This document shows, in pieces, positions 9,456-20,101 of a stretch of DNA of 64,000 bases. The DNA comes from an uncultured cyanobacterium (GTDB lineage Bacteria > Cyanobacteriota > Cyanobacteriia > PCC-6307 > Cyanobiaceae): positions 365,784-429,783 of the forward strand of contig CAVXWZ010000001.1 of the NCBI GenBank assembly GCA_963765575.1, given 5' to 3'. The notes beneath the pieces were generated by a model that worked only from the letters and a program-made list of their open reading frames with translations, made no database searches and was not told where the DNA came from. Positions within the stretch are counted from its first letter, which is position 1. The number at the start of each line of letters is the position of its first letter. The translations under genes and the position numbers were made by a program.

Positions 9456-10405
9456 TTGCCGAGCTTGAGCAGTTCGGCGGGGGAGGCGAGCAGGTCGATG
9501 GCCACGAAATAGATCTTGTTGTCGGGATCGAGCAGGAAGCGCCAGGCCACGTTCATGCCCACGCCGGCGCCGAACCAGGGGGTCTGGACCTTGCCGGTGA
9601 CCTTGATCTGGTTGAAGCCACCATCGGCTGGCTCGCTGTAGCCCCGTTCGGGGATCAGGCGCAGGTTCTGGCACTCCTCGCGGAAGAAGCGCGCGATCGC
9701 ATCGGCGCCCACGATCGGCCGCTGGAATGGCGGCTGCAGGGCGCCGTCGGCCAGGAACAGCTTGATCAGATTGTCGAAGTCATTGGCGTTGAGCTGCTCC
9801 ATGTAGGCGATCACCGTGGGATTGAGCACCCCTTCGATGAACACCTTGGTGCGCTTGTTCTCGGCGGTGGGCACTTCCACCGGCTCCATCATCCGCTGGC
9901 CTTCGCCCTTGCCGGGATCGAAGCCCATGTCCACCACGAAGTTGCGCAGCACGGTGATCTGCTGGCCGGACTCCAGGCCCCGCAGGCTGGCGAGCACGGA
10001 GGCGGCGTTGGCGGAAAGCGCGTAACCGTCGGGAATCGGGGCCACAGTGCCCTCATCCATCCACACGCCCAGCTGATACCAGAAGCCCAGCTTGATGTTC
10101 ACCGACCAGTTGGCGTAGGTGCGGCCGATCTCGGTGTCGGCGCGGTTGGCCAGATCACACATCGCCTGGCTCTGATCGGTGAAGGACATCGCCTTCAAGG
10201 CCTTGAGCACGGGCTCGGCGAACTGCATGCGGGCAGCGCCGGGGGCAGCGATGGTGATCGTCTTGCCCATCTCGAGGTAGGCGTACCAGATCAGGGCCAG
10301 CTGATCTTCGGCGCTCAGCAGCCTGTAGCGGGCGGTGAGGGCGGGAACGGCCTCGGCTGAGAGCGTTTCAGGAAAAATCTTGGTGGCCTTGTCCAGCGTG
10401 AACAT
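9452..10405 (-). CDS. ocp: Orange carotenoid protein
   Basis: EDQLALIWYAYLEMGKTITIAAPGAA, NIKLGFWY, and an NTF2-like C domain (KVTGKVQTPWFG). Confidence 0.97.
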   Translation of the reverse strand: MFTLDKATKIFPETLSAEAVPALTARYRLLSAEDQLALIWYAYLEMGKTITIAAPGAARMQFAEPVLKALKAMSFTDQSQAMCDLANRADTEIGRTYANWSVNIKLGFWYQLGVWMDEGTVAPIPDGYALSANAASVLASLRGLESGQQITVLRNFVVDMGFDPGKGEGQRMMEPVEVPTAENKRTKVFIEGVLNPTVIAYMEQLNANDFDNLIKLFLADGALQPPFQRPIVGADAIARFFREECQNLRLIPERGYSEPADGGFNQIKVTGKVQTPWFGAGVGMNVAWRFLLDPDNKIYFVAIDLLASPAELLKLGK

Positions 10406-10492
10406 GGGGAAGGGCTCCGGCGATCAAAGGTCCAGTCCAAAACCTAGGCGGTGTCTGCCCCCCTCGCCTGGTGTGGGGACCCGCCATGGCCT

Positions 10493-12154
10493 TCAGCCCG
10501 GCGGCAGCAACGCCAGGGCGCTGGCGAGGCTGTCGGCTTCGGCGGCGAGCTTGTCGCGGCGCCAGCGGGCGATGCGGGGGAAGCGCACGGCGATGCCGCT
10601 GCGGTGGCGGCGGGAGCGCTGCAGCCCCTCGAAGGCCAGTTCGAACACCTGCAGGGGCTGCACGGCCCGCACCGGCCCGAAGCGCTCAGTGGTGTGGCTG
10701 CGGATCCAGCGGTCGAGCTCGGCGATCTCGCCGTCATCGAGGCCGGAATAGGCCTTGGCGAAGCTCACCAGCCGGCCGTCGCCATCCCAGAGGCCGAAGG
10801 TGTAGTCGGTGAAGAGGTTGGCGCGGCGGCCGCTGCCGGCCTGGGCGTAGAGCAGCACGGCATCGAGCCGCAGGGGGTCGAGCTTGTGCTTCCACCAGGG
10901 GCCCCGCCGCCGGCCGGCCAGGTAGGGCGAGTCGGCGGCCTTGAGCATCAGCCCTTCGGCGCCCGCTGCCCGGGCCTGCTGGCGCCGGCCCTCCAGCTGC
11001 TCCCAGCCCTCCAGGGCCAGCCGGGGGGAGAGGCGCAGGGGGCCGTCGGGCGGCTCCGCCGCCGGCTGGTGGGCCGCGATCAGGGCGTCGAGGGCGGCCC
11101 GGCGCCGGCTCAGGGGCCAGCCACGCCGGTCTTCGCCGTGCTGCTCCAGCAGGTCGTAGGCCAGCAGCACCGCCGGACACTCGCCCAGCAGCCGGCGGCC
11201 GGGCGCCTTGCGGCCCAGCCGCCGCTGCAGCTGGGCGAAGGGGGCCGGCCTGGCGGCCCCCGCCGGCCACACGATCACCTCGCCATCGAGCACGGTGCCA
11301 TCGGCCAGCTCGTCCGCCGCGGCGATCAGCTCCGGGAAGGCGTCGTTGATCAGCTCCTCGCCGCGGCTCCAGAGAAAACTGGTGCCGCTGCGGCGGATCA
11401 GCTGGCCGCGGATGCCGTCCCACTTCCACTCGCACAGCCAGGCCGTGGCGGGGCCGTCCAGGGGCGGAGCACCATCCTGGGCCGGCGGCAGCGGCGAGGC
11501 CAGGAAGAAGGGATAGGGGCGGCTGGGGGCGGCTTCCTGGGCTCCGGCCGGGGCGACCAGCTGCTCGTAGGCCTGGGCTGAGGGGCTGAACCCACCCATC
11601 AGCCGATGGGCCAGCAGGGGCTCCTCGAGGTTGCTGAGGCGGGCCAGGGCGCGGATCACCAGCCCGCGGGCCACCCCCACCCGCAGGCCGCCGGTGAGCA
11701 GCTTGTTCACCACCAGCAGCTCGCCCGCGTCCAGTGCGCTCCAGAGCTGGCGCACCGCCGGGCCCTGCTGGTCGCCATCGAGGCCGGCGGCGCCGGGCAG
11801 CAGCACCTCCATCCAGTGCTGCAGCGATTGCTGGCTTTCGCTGCGGGGCTCCACGGTCGGGGGAGCTGCCGGCTGCAGCTGGCGCCAGAGCAGGGCGATG
11901 GTCTCGGCCGAATCGCCCACCTGGGCGTAGCAGTCGTCGAACAACCACTCGGGCAGCGTCGAACCCTCCAGGCAGATGCGACGCAGCCGCAGGCCGGTGA
12001 TCAGGCGCTGGCGCTGTTTGCCCAGCAGCACCTGCAGGGCCCAGGCGGCATCGGCGGGGTCGGCGCCGGCGAAGTAGCGCACCAGGGCCTCCACCTTGGC
12101 GTTGGTGCCGGTGACGCCATCGAGTTCGGCATAGAGCGCGGCAAACCTGCGCAT
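10493..12154 (-). CDS. ATP-dependent DNA ligase
   Basis: EWKWDGIRGQ (motif I), LDGEV, EGLMLK, WWKHK, RFPR. Confidence 0.95.
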   Translation of the reverse strand: MRRFAALYAELDGVTGTNAKVEALVRYFAGADPADAAWALQVLLGKQRQRLITGLRLRRICLEGSTLPEWLFDDCYAQVGDSAETIALLWRQLQPAAPPTVEPRSESQQSLQHWMEVLLPGAAGLDGDQQGPAVRQLWSALDAGELLVVNKLLTGGLRVGVARGLVIRALARLSNLEEPLLAHRLMGGFSPSAQAYEQLVAPAGAQEAAPSRPYPFFLASPLPPAQDGAPPLDGPATAWLCEWKWDGIRGQLIRRSGTSFLWSRGEELINDAFPELIAAADELADGTVLDGEVIVWPAGAARPAPFAQLQRRLGRKAPGRRLLGECPAVLLAYDLLEQHGEDRRGWPLSRRRAALDALIAAHQPAAEPPDGPLRLSPRLALEGWEQLEGRRQQARAAGAEGLMLKAADSPYLAGRRRGPWWKHKLDPLRLDAVLLYAQAGSGRRANLFTDYTFGLWDGDGRLVSFAKAYSGLDDGEIAELDRWIRSHTTERFGPVRAVQPLQVFELAFEGLQRSRRHRSGIAVRFPRIARWRRDKLAAEADSLASALALLPPG

Positions 12155-12312
12155 GGCCCGCTCCGGCAGGGCCGCGACGCTAGGGCGTGGGCCGGCGCGC
12201 TTCGCGGTGGGTCGATAGGCTGGGCCAATTGCAGGCACGAAACTGATCCAGCCACTGGGTTGAATCTGGTCAACCGACTGATTTTGATTCAGCTGATTAA
12301 CCCAGTTAAAAG

Positions 12313-13429
12313 ATGAGTTCTGATCAGGAATTGGAGCTGGTCACCCGGTTGATTCCAGCCTCCAGGGCACCGATTGAGACGACCGCCGGGCCCAGGCCTG
12401 GGCTGCGGGCGGCGGCGTCTGCGGTGTTGCTGGCGGTCTGCGCCAGCAGCCCGGCCCTGGCGTCGCCGGCAGGGCCGCCACCATCGCCGCCGCTGGTCGA
12501 CACGATCCGCTGTGAACACAACCCGCTGATCGCGCCCGATCTCAGCCCCACGATCGGCACCAACATCAATGGCCCGTCGGTGATTCGCACCCCCGACTGG
12601 TTGCCCAACCGCCTCGGCCGCTACTACCTCTACTTCGCCCATCACCGCGGCGATTTCATCCGCCTGGCCTACGCCGATGAGCTGTGCGCTGCCTGGACGA
12701 TCCATGAACCCGGCAGCCTGCGGGTTGAGCAGGCCGAGGGGTTTGTGCGCCACATCGCCTCACCCGATGTGCACGTGGACCACGCCAACCGGCAGATCCG
12801 CATGTACTTCCACGGCCCCAGGGCCAGCGGTGGCGGCCAGCACAGCGGTGTGGCCGTCTCCAGCGATGGGATCCACTTCTCGGTGCTTGGCCCCGTGCTC
12901 GACGATCCCTACCTGCGGGTGGTGGCCTGGCGGGACGCCTGGCTGGCCATCGCCAAGCGGGGCACGTTGGGGGGCGTGATCCACCGGCGCAGCGAACCCG
13001 GGCGAGCCCTTTGTCGAAGGCGCCGTGGTGATTCCCCGCATGCGGCACGCCGCCGTGCTGCCCTGGCGGGACGATCTGCTGGTGTTCTTCAGCCGCATCG
13101 GCGACGCGCCGGAGCGCATCCTGCTGACGCGGCTGAGTTTCAGCGAGGGCTGGCAGCGGCCGCAGCTGTCCGAGCTGCGGGAGGTGCTGACGCCCCTGGG
13201 TGCCAGCGAAGGCGCCGAGCTGCCGCTGGCCCGCTCCCGCTCCGGTGCCACAGGCCCGGCGCGGCAGCTGCGTGATCCGGCGATCTTCAGCGACGGGGGA
13301 CTCACGTACCTCTTCTATGCCATGGCCGGCGAAGCGGGAATCGGCATGGCTGAACTGCGGCTGCGGCCCCTGGAGCCGCAGGCCGCAGGCCTGGTCACGG
13401 GTGCTGCAGCAGGGCCGCCTCCACCGTGA
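12313..13429 (+). CDS. Secreted beta-propeller/glycoside-hydrolase-like hypothetical protein (frameshift near 12990)
   Basis: INGPSVI, YYLYFAHH, HIASPDVH and LRDPAIF segments across two overlapping ORFs. Confidence 0.65.
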
Positions 13430-14486
13430 GGCCGGGGCCGAAGGCCAGGGCCAGCCAGGGTCCGCTGATGCCCCGGCGGCGTAGCCGCTCAAGGATGAAC
13501 AGGATCGTTGCCGACGACATGTTGCCGTGCTCGTGCAGCACGCCCTGCGACTCGGCGATCTGCTCCGGCGCCAGGCCGAGCGCATCGGCGCTGGCCTGAA
13601 GGATGCGCGGGCCGCCGGGGTGCAGGGCCCAGGCGGCGATGGCGCCCAGCTCCAGGTTGCGCTCCCGCAGCCAGTCCTCCAGCCAGGGGCGCAGCTGGGC
13701 GGCGACCGCCGCCGGCACCTTGGGCGAGAGGCCCATGGCGAAGCCGTGGTCGCCGATCCGCCACGACATCAGCTCGGCGGTGCCCGGAATCACGGTGGAG
13801 CCGGAGGCCAGCACCCGCAGCGCCGGCCGCTGCTCCGGCCGCAGCAGCGGTGGCCACCAGGGCGGCGGCACCGTCGGCGAAGAGGGCATTGGCCACCACC
13901 TTCTCGGGGTCCCAGCCGTAGTGCAGGTGCAGGCTGCAGAGCTCCACCGAGCAGAGCAGCACACAGGCGCTGGGGTCGGCTTCCACGAAGGCCCGCGCCA
14001 CCCGCAGCCCGTTGAGCGACGCCGTGGCAGCCCATGAAACCCACCTGGGTGCGCTCCACCCCGGGCGGCAGGGGCAGCTGCTGGACCAGGTGGAGGTCGA
14101 AGCCCGGTGCCTCGAAACCGGTGCAGCTCACCGTCACCAGGTGGGTGATGCGCTCCGGCGGCAGCTCGGCATCGGCCAGGGCCCGGCGCGCCGCCGCCAG
14201 GGCCAGGGGTCCGGCATGGCGGGCTGAAACGCTGCATGCGCTCGGCGGTGGAGGGATTGTGCTCGCCGTAAAAGGGCAGGCGGGCCGCGATCGGCTGCTC
14301 CGGCTCACCGCTCTCCAGCAGCACGCTGTGGCGGGTGTGCACCTTGGTGCGCCGCTGGATGCGCTCCAGCAGGGCGAAGCGCTCGGGGCTGTCGGCGATC
14401 AAGAGCCGGGCCAGGGCCACGGCGTCGTTTTGATTGGCCCTGTAGTCGGGCACGGCGGTGCCGATGCCACGGATGGTCAGCGGCAT
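13395..14486 (-). CDS. Type III polyketide synthase (two compensating frameshifts)
   Basis: Catalytic Cys in GFMGCHG, His in WALHPGG, Asn in GNMSSATILF; AFGPGL; pieced together from 3 frames. Confidence 0.92.
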   Translation of the reverse strand: MPLTIRGIGTAVPDYRANQNDAVALARLLIADSPERFALLERIQRRTKVHTRHSVLLESGEPEQPIAARLPFYGEHNPSTAERMQRFSPPCRTPGPGGGAPGPGRCRAAAGAHHPPGDGELHRFRGTGLRPPPGPAAAPAARGGAHPGGFHGLPRRRSTGCGWRGPSWKPTPAPVCCSARWSSAACTCTTAGTPRRWWPMPSSPTVPPPWWPPLLRPEQRPALRVLASGSTVIPGTAELMSWRIGDHGFAMGLSPKVPAAVAAQLRPWLEDWLRERNLELGAIAAWALHPGGPRILQASADALGLAPEQIAESQGVLHEHGNMSSATILFILERLRRRGISGPWLALAFGPGLTVEAALLQHP

Positions 14487-15667
14487 GGCAGGGCCTCGGC
14501 GCTGGCGGCGGGCGGCTGGTTGAGCTGGCGGATCAGCCGCCGGGGCAGGGGCGGCCAGCGGCTGGCCAGCTGGAACAGGGCGTTGGCGGCGGGGGGGCGG
14601 CGCAGCACGGCGGCGACGCCGCGGCAGAGCCGCTGGCGGCGGCCGATGCGGCGCCGGTGGAGGCGCGTCCACTGGCGCTCCAGGGCTGGATCCCAGCGCT
14701 GCACGCCCTGCAGCACCAGCGGGGTGGCGGCGGCGGCGGCACTGAGGGCCCAGCCCATCCCCTCGCCGGTGAAGGGCTCCACGTAGCCGGCCGCATCGCC
14801 GAGCACCAGGAAGCGCTCCCCCGCCAGGGCCGTGGCCCTGCGGCTGAGGGCCGGCGTGCACTGCCAGGCGCCGGCGGCCAGGTTGTCGGGGCTGGCAAAT
14901 CCGGCCTGCTCCAGCACCACCGCGGCGGCGGCGGCAGGCCCGCCGGCGGCCGCCAGCAGGTCGCGATCGAAGGCGGCGGCCAGATCCAGGCGGCCGTCCT
15001 CCAGCCGCACCAGGCCCACGTAGCCCTGGCGGCCCACGGCCATGTGGATGCAGCCCGCTGGGTAGCCGCAGCTGCTGGCGGGAAGCACGCAGCCCGCCCC
15101 CAGGCGTGAGCGCGGCTGGATGCGCACATCGGCGCCGGGCACAGCCTCAAGGCAGCGGTGGGCCAGCCCCGCCGCCACCAGCACCACGGCGGCGCCCACC
15201 GTCTGGGGCTGCTGTCCGTTGCTCTTGAGCTGCACGCTGCGCCCGTGGGCCTGCACCGGCCCCAGCCGGGCGGTGGTGCCGCTGCGCACGTGGGCACCGG
15301 CGGCGATCGCGGCCTCCAGCAGGGCCTGATCGAAGCGTTCCCGCGACAGGGCCCGACCCTCGCTGAGCGGGAAGCTGGCCTGGCGGCCGCCCAGCCCCAC
15401 CTGGATGCGATCCAGCGGCACCCCGCCCTGGCCCTCAATCAGACCGTCCAGATCCATGGCGGCGAGCACCGCCCGGGCCTGGCCGTTGAGACAGCAGCCG
15501 CACACCTTCCAACGCGGCAGGCGGCGCTTCTCCACCAACAGCACCTGCAGGCCGCGGCGGGCCAGGTCGAAGGCCGCCAAGGCTCCGGCCGGACCGGCAC
15601 CCACCACCACGACGTCCCAGTCCTGAGCTGGCCAGTGTTGATCAGGGTCGCCGCTGCTGGACCCCAT
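14477..15667 (-). CDS. FAD-dependent oxidoreductase (geranylgeranyl reductase/monooxygenase-like)
   Basis: VVVGAGPAG, KVCGCCL, GDAAGYVEPFTGEGM. Confidence 0.88.
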   Translation of the reverse strand: MGSSSGDPDQHWPAQDWDVVVVGAGPAGALAAFDLARRGLQVLLVEKRRLPRWKVCGCCLNGQARAVLAAMDLDGLIEGQGGVPLDRIQVGLGGRQASFPLSEGRALSRERFDQALLEAAIAAGAHVRSGTTARLGPVQAHGRSVQLKSNGQQPQTVGAAVVLVAAGLAHRCLEAVPGADVRIQPRSRLGAGCVLPASSCGYPAGCIHMAVGRQGYVGLVRLEDGRLDLAAAFDRDLLAAAGGPAAAAAVVLEQAGFASPDNLAAGAWQCTPALSRRATALAGERFLVLGDAAGYVEPFTGEGMGWALSAAAAATPLVLQGVQRWDPALERQWTRLHRRRIGRRQRLCRGVAAVLRRPPAANALFQLASRWPPLPRRLIRQLNQPPAASAEALPCR

Positions 15668-15668
15668 C

Positions 15669-16403
15669 TCAATCCCGGCTCCAGCGCAGAAGGTAACGCT
15701 CGGGCCAGCAGCGGCGCAGCTCGGCGCCCGCCAGCCCGGCCCGCTCGGCCATGGCGGCCACCTCGGCCAGCTGGAATGCCCCCCGCACCGACAGCGGTCC
15801 ATCGATGTGGACCACCGGCGATCGGCTCAGCAGCCGCGTGCCGCTCCAGGCCAGGGCGAAGCCCAGGGGACTGCGGATGAGGTCGTTGACCAGCACCAGC
15901 CGGCGAGCGCGCTGGGCCATCAGCGCCAGCAGGCGCTCGGCGTCGGCGTTGTCGAGGTGGTGCAGAAACAGGGAGGTGAGCACCACGTCATAGCCCTCGG
16001 GGCTGGCGGCCCCGGGGCCCAGGGGCCAGGACTCGGCGAGGGCATCGGCGGCGAAGAAGCGCACCGGGGCGCCGCGGCGGCGGGCGTTGGCGGCGGCGAT
16101 CGACACCGCCTCGGGGTTGAGGTCGCAGCCCTCGAGGATCAGGGGGATGGCGCTGCGCTGGGCCATCAGGGCCAGATCGATGGCGGTGTCGCCGCCGCCG
16201 CAGGCCAGGTCGAGCACCCGCAATGGTTGGCCGGGCTGGCTGGCGGCCAGCTCCCGGATCGGCGCCATCAGGCTGGCCGAGCAGCGGCTGATGGCATTGA
16301 TGCGCCGCAGGCCCGCCAGGGCCCGTTCGTGCTCAGCGGGATCCAGCCCCGGCTGATCCATCAGTTCCGGCAGGCGCTGCCGCGTCGCCAGCGGGATCGG
16401 CAT
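15669..16403 (-). CDS. Class I SAM-dependent methyltransferase
   Basis: ELMDQP, VLDLACGGGD, SLFLHHL, VNDLIRS. Confidence 0.88.
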   Translation of the reverse strand: MPIPLATRQRLPELMDQPGLDPAEHERALAGLRRINAISRCSASLMAPIRELAASQPGQPLRVLDLACGGGDTAIDLALMAQRSAIPLILEGCDLNPEAVSIAAANARRRGAPVRFFAADALAESWPLGPGAASPEGYDVVLTSLFLHHLDNADAERLLALMAQRARRLVLVNDLIRSPLGFALAWSGTRLLSRSPVVHIDGPLSVRGAFQLAEVAAMAERAGLAGAELRRCWPERYLLRWSRD

Positions 16404-17441
16404 GGCTGGGGTGGGGCGGCGTGGATGGGTCCATGGTGGCGCGCTCCGCGGCGAAGCCGCCCTCCAGGGGTGAGGCGCTGAGGCCCTCCACCTCCTGGAG
16501 GTAGCGGGCCAGGCCGTCGCTGTGGCCGTGGGTCACATACACCTGGCTGGCGCCGGTGTCGCGCACGCTGCGGATCAGGCCAGGCCAGTCGGCGTGGTCG
16601 CTCATCACGAAGCCGCGCTCGTAGCCGCGTCGGCGCCGGGCGCCGCGCACCGCCATCCAGCCGCTCACAAAGGCCGTCTGGGGCAGCTTGAAGCGCTTCA
16701 TCCAGGCCGAGCGGTGGGCGGAGGGGGGCGCGATCACCAGCCGGCCCGCGAGCGATTCCCCCTTCGCCAGGGCGCTCAGCGGCCGGGTGGGCGGCATCGC
16801 CACACCGGCCTGGCGGTAGGCCGGCATCAGGGCCTCCACGGCGCCGTGCAGCAGCACCTCCTCCACCACGCCGATGGCGTGCAGTTCGGCCAGCAGCCGC
16901 TGGGCCTTGCCGAAGGCATAGGCGAACAGCAGCGAGGGCCGCTCCGGTGCCGCCTGCCACCAATCGCGGATCTGGGCGGCCACTGCGGCGCCGCTCTGCC
17001 AGCGGTAGATCGGCAGCCCGAAGGTGGCTTCGGTGATGAACACATCCGCCTGCACCGGCTCGAAGGGGGCGCAGCTGGGGTCGGCGCAGCGCTTGTAGTC
17101 GCCGCTCACCAGCCAGCTCTCGCCGCCCGCCTCCAGGCGGATCTGGGCGGAGCCGAGCACGTGGCCGGCGCTGTGGAACGACACCCGCGCGTCGCCGATG
17201 CGCAGCCGCTCGCCGTAGGCCACCGGCAGCAGCTTGATCGTGGCCCCGAGGCGCTGGCGCAGGATCGGCTCGCTGGCGTCGATCGCCCAGTATTCGCCGC
17301 AGCCCGGCCGGGCGTGGTCGGCGTGGGCGTGGGTGATCAGGGCGCGGGGCACCGGCCGCCAGGGGTCAATCCAGGCCGCCGCCGCCGGGCAATAGAGCCC
17401 TTGGGGGGTGAGCTGCAGCAGGGCGCCGGGGGGCAGGGCAC
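16333..17441 (-). CDS. Ligase-associated DNA damage response exonuclease (MBL/beta-CASP fold)
   Basis: LQLTPQGLYC...WIDPWRPVPRALITHAHADHA, AGHVLGSAQ, SDHADW; start approximate. Confidence 0.9.
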
Positions 17442-17820
17442 TGGGGGGCTGGGCCGTGGATGCGGCGGTGGGTCGGTGCGCTGAGCTTTCCAGCTGGACG
17501 GGTGCCGGGATGCCGATGTCGTTGTAGCGGCTGGCGGGAGAGAACCACTGGCTCCCCTTGCCTCAGGGGCCGCCGCCAGCAGCTGCTTCGCGGATGCAGA
17601 AGCTGAACGCTCTGTGGCTTGTGGGCCGGGAGGTCGCCCGCTAGTTCCTGCTGGTCTGGGGATACCAGCTCCATCTCAGCCAGGCATTGTTCGCCCTTGG
17701 AGCACTGCTTGGCCCTGGTCTGCTCGTCAGCGGAAGTGTCGCCCCATACAGCCCGATGTCGTGGGGTAGTCCAGCGGCTGAGGCTGGATCCCCTGCCAAG
17801 CACGCTGCCCGCCATGGTGG

Positions 17821-20097
17821 ATGGATGCTGCCCTGGGTGTGGTGACTGCAGACAACGAGCCCGGGTCCCCCAGCGTCGGCGGCGGTTGGCCGGTGATCGA
17901 CGGCTGGGCCAGGGCCACCCTCTCGCCGAAGGGCCCCCTGCTCTGGCAGACCCTGCTGCACAAGAGCGCCTGCCTCTCCTGCGCCTGGGGCACCGGCGGC
18001 CAGAACGGCGGCTTCCGCGACGAGCTGGGCGAGCCCCTGCAGCGCTGCCTCAAGAGCGTGGAGGCGATCAGCGCCGAACTGCAGCCGGCGGTGCCGGAAT
18101 CGGTGTTCTCGGGCCGCAGCATCGGCGCGCTGCAACAGCTCAGCTCGCTGGAGGCCGACCGCCTCGGCCGCCTCAGCCACCCCTTGATCCTGCGCGAGGG
18201 CCGCAGCCACTACGAACGGCTCGGCTGGGACGACGTGTTCGAGCTGGCGGAGGCCGCCTTCCGTCGCCCGCCGGAACGGGTGGCCTCCTACAGCTCCGGC
18301 CGCTCCTCCAACGAGGCCGCCTACCTGCTGCAGCTGCTGCTGCGGGCCTGGGGCTCCAACAACCTGGCCGACTGCTCCGACCTCTGCCACGCCCCCTCCA
18401 CCGTGGGGCTGGCCGAGGTGTTCGGCTCGGGCACCTCGATGGTGAGCCTGGAGAGCCTGCAGCAGGCCGACTGCGTGGTGCTGGTGGGCTCCAACGCGCC
18501 GGCCAACCACCCGCGGCTGATGAACGAGCTGATCCGGCTGCGGGAGCGGGGCGGCTCGGTGCTGGTGATCAACCCGGTGCTGGAGGTGGGGCTGCTCAAG
18601 TTCGGCTCGCCCGCCTTTCCGATCAAGTCGATGCTGCGGGGGTCGGAGATCGCCTCGCTGTTCCTGCAACCGGTGCCGGGCAGCGACACGGCGGTGTTCC
18701 TGGGCATCCAGAAGGCGTTGCTGGAGGCCGGCTCGATCCAGTGGGACTTCCTCAAGGCCCACACCGAGAACTGGCAGGAAGTGCTGGAGCCGCTGCAGGC
18801 CACCTCCTGGGAGGCGATCTGCGCCTGCTGCGGCCTCAGCCGCGAGGAGATCGAGCAGGCCGCCGCCATGATCAGCCGCGCCCGAGGCGTGGTGTTCGCC
18901 TGGGCGATGGGCATCACCCACCACGTGAACGGCACCGCCAATGTGCAGGCGATCGCCAACACCGCCCTGCTGAGCGGCAATGCCGGCCGGCCCGGGGCGG
19001 GCACGATGCCGATCCGGGGCCACTCCAACGTGCAGGGCTTCGGCTCGATGGGGGTGTCGGTGAAGCTGCGGGCGGCGATGCAGGAGGCCCTCGAAGCCCT
19101 GCTGGGGCGCCCCCTCAGCCGGGTGCCCGGCTACGACACCCGCGCCCTGATCGAGGCCGCCGACAGCGGGGCCGTGGACACGCTGCTCTGCCTGGGGGGC
19201 AACCTCTGGGGCGCCAATCCCGATTCGCAGCAGGCCCGCCGCGCCCTGGGCCGCATCGACACGGTGATGTATCTGGCCACCAAGCCCAACCAGGGCCATT
19301 TCCATGGCCTGGCGGCCCAGACCACCCTGCTGCTGCCGGTGTTCAACCGCTTCGAAACGCCGCACCGCACCACCACCGAGTCGGGCAACAACTTCGTGCG
19401 GCTGAACGAACCCGGCAGCACCCACCTCAAGCAGGCCGATCTGATCAGCGAGGTGGGTTTCCTGGCGGAGCTGGCCCGGCGGCTGATGGGCAGTGAGCCC
19501 GTGGACTGGGGCCGCCTGCAGGATCCCGCCTACATCCGCGAGCTGATCGCCCGCACCGTGCCGGGCTACGGCCCGATCGCCGCCATCGACTCCACCAACA
19601 GGGAATTCAGCGTGGAGGGGCGGGTGTTCGACAGACCCCACTTCCCCACCCCCTCAGGGCGGGCGCGGATGCGGCCCACGCCCCTGCCGGCGCTGTCGTT
19701 GCCGGGGCCCGATCACTTCGGGGGCCTGGCGCCGGGCGAGAACGGCCTGGTGCTGGCCTTGATCACCGCCCGCAGCTACTCCCAGCACAACACCGTGGTG
19801 TACAAACCCGGCGATGCCTACCGGGGCATGCCCCACCGCAACACCATCCTGATGAACCGGGGCGACCTGGCCAGCTCAGGCCTGGAGGCCCACCAGCGGG
19901 TGACGGTGCAGGGGGAGGCCGGCAGCCTGGAAGCCGTGGAGATCATCCCCGGCGAGATCCGCGAGGGGGCGGCGCTGATGTTCTATCCGGAGGTGAACGT
20001 GCTGATTCGCGCCCCGGTGGATCCCCGCAGCGGTACCCCGGCCTTCAAGCGGGTGCCGGTGCTGGTGCGATCAGCCGCACGCGAATTCCACCGCTGA
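17821..20097 (+). CDS. FdhF/YdeP family molybdopterin oxidoreductase
   Basis: YSSGRSSNE, NNLADCSDLCH, PIRGHSNVQG, TARSYSQHNT, SGTPAFK. Confidence 0.9.
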   Translation: MDAALGVVTADNEPGSPSVGGGWPVIDGWARATLSPKGPLLWQTLLHKSACLSCAWGTGGQNGGFRDELGEPLQRCLKSVEAISAELQPAVPESVFSGRSIGALQQLSSLEADRLGRLSHPLILREGRSHYERLGWDDVFELAEAAFRRPPERVASYSSGRSSNEAAYLLQLLLRAWGSNNLADCSDLCHAPSTVGLAEVFGSGTSMVSLESLQQADCVVLVGSNAPANHPRLMNELIRLRERGGSVLVINPVLEVGLLKFGSPAFPIKSMLRGSEIASLFLQPVPGSDTAVFLGIQKALLEAGSIQWDFLKAHTENWQEVLEPLQATSWEAICACCGLSREEIEQAAAMISRARGVVFAWAMGITHHVNGTANVQAIANTALLSGNAGRPGAGTMPIRGHSNVQGFGSMGVSVKLRAAMQEALEALLGRPLSRVPGYDTRALIEAADSGAVDTLLCLGGNLWGANPDSQQARRALGRIDTVMYLATKPNQGHFHGLAAQTTLLLPVFNRFETPHRTTTESGNNFVRLNEPGSTHLKQADLISEVGFLAELARRLMGSEPVDWGRLQDPAYIRELIARTVPGYGPIAAIDSTNREFSVEGRVFDRPHFPTPSGRARMRPTPLPALSLPGPDHFGGLAPGENGLVLALITARSYSQHNTVVYKPGDAYRGMPHRNTILMNRGDLASSGLEAHQRVTVQGEAGSLEAVEIIPGEIREGAALMFYPEVNVLIRAPVDPRSGTPAFKRVPVLVRSAAREFHR

Positions 20098-20101
20098 ACC
20101 G

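Noticed and set aside
8267..10405. ocp-crtW-frp as a novel system
   Set aside because: A known arrangement in picocyanobacteria.
1122..19641. Long opposite-strand ORFs (e.g. 1122-3449, 6725-8200, 17641-19641)
   Set aside because: Shadow ORFs of high-GC genes with no motifs; the other strand carries recognisable families.
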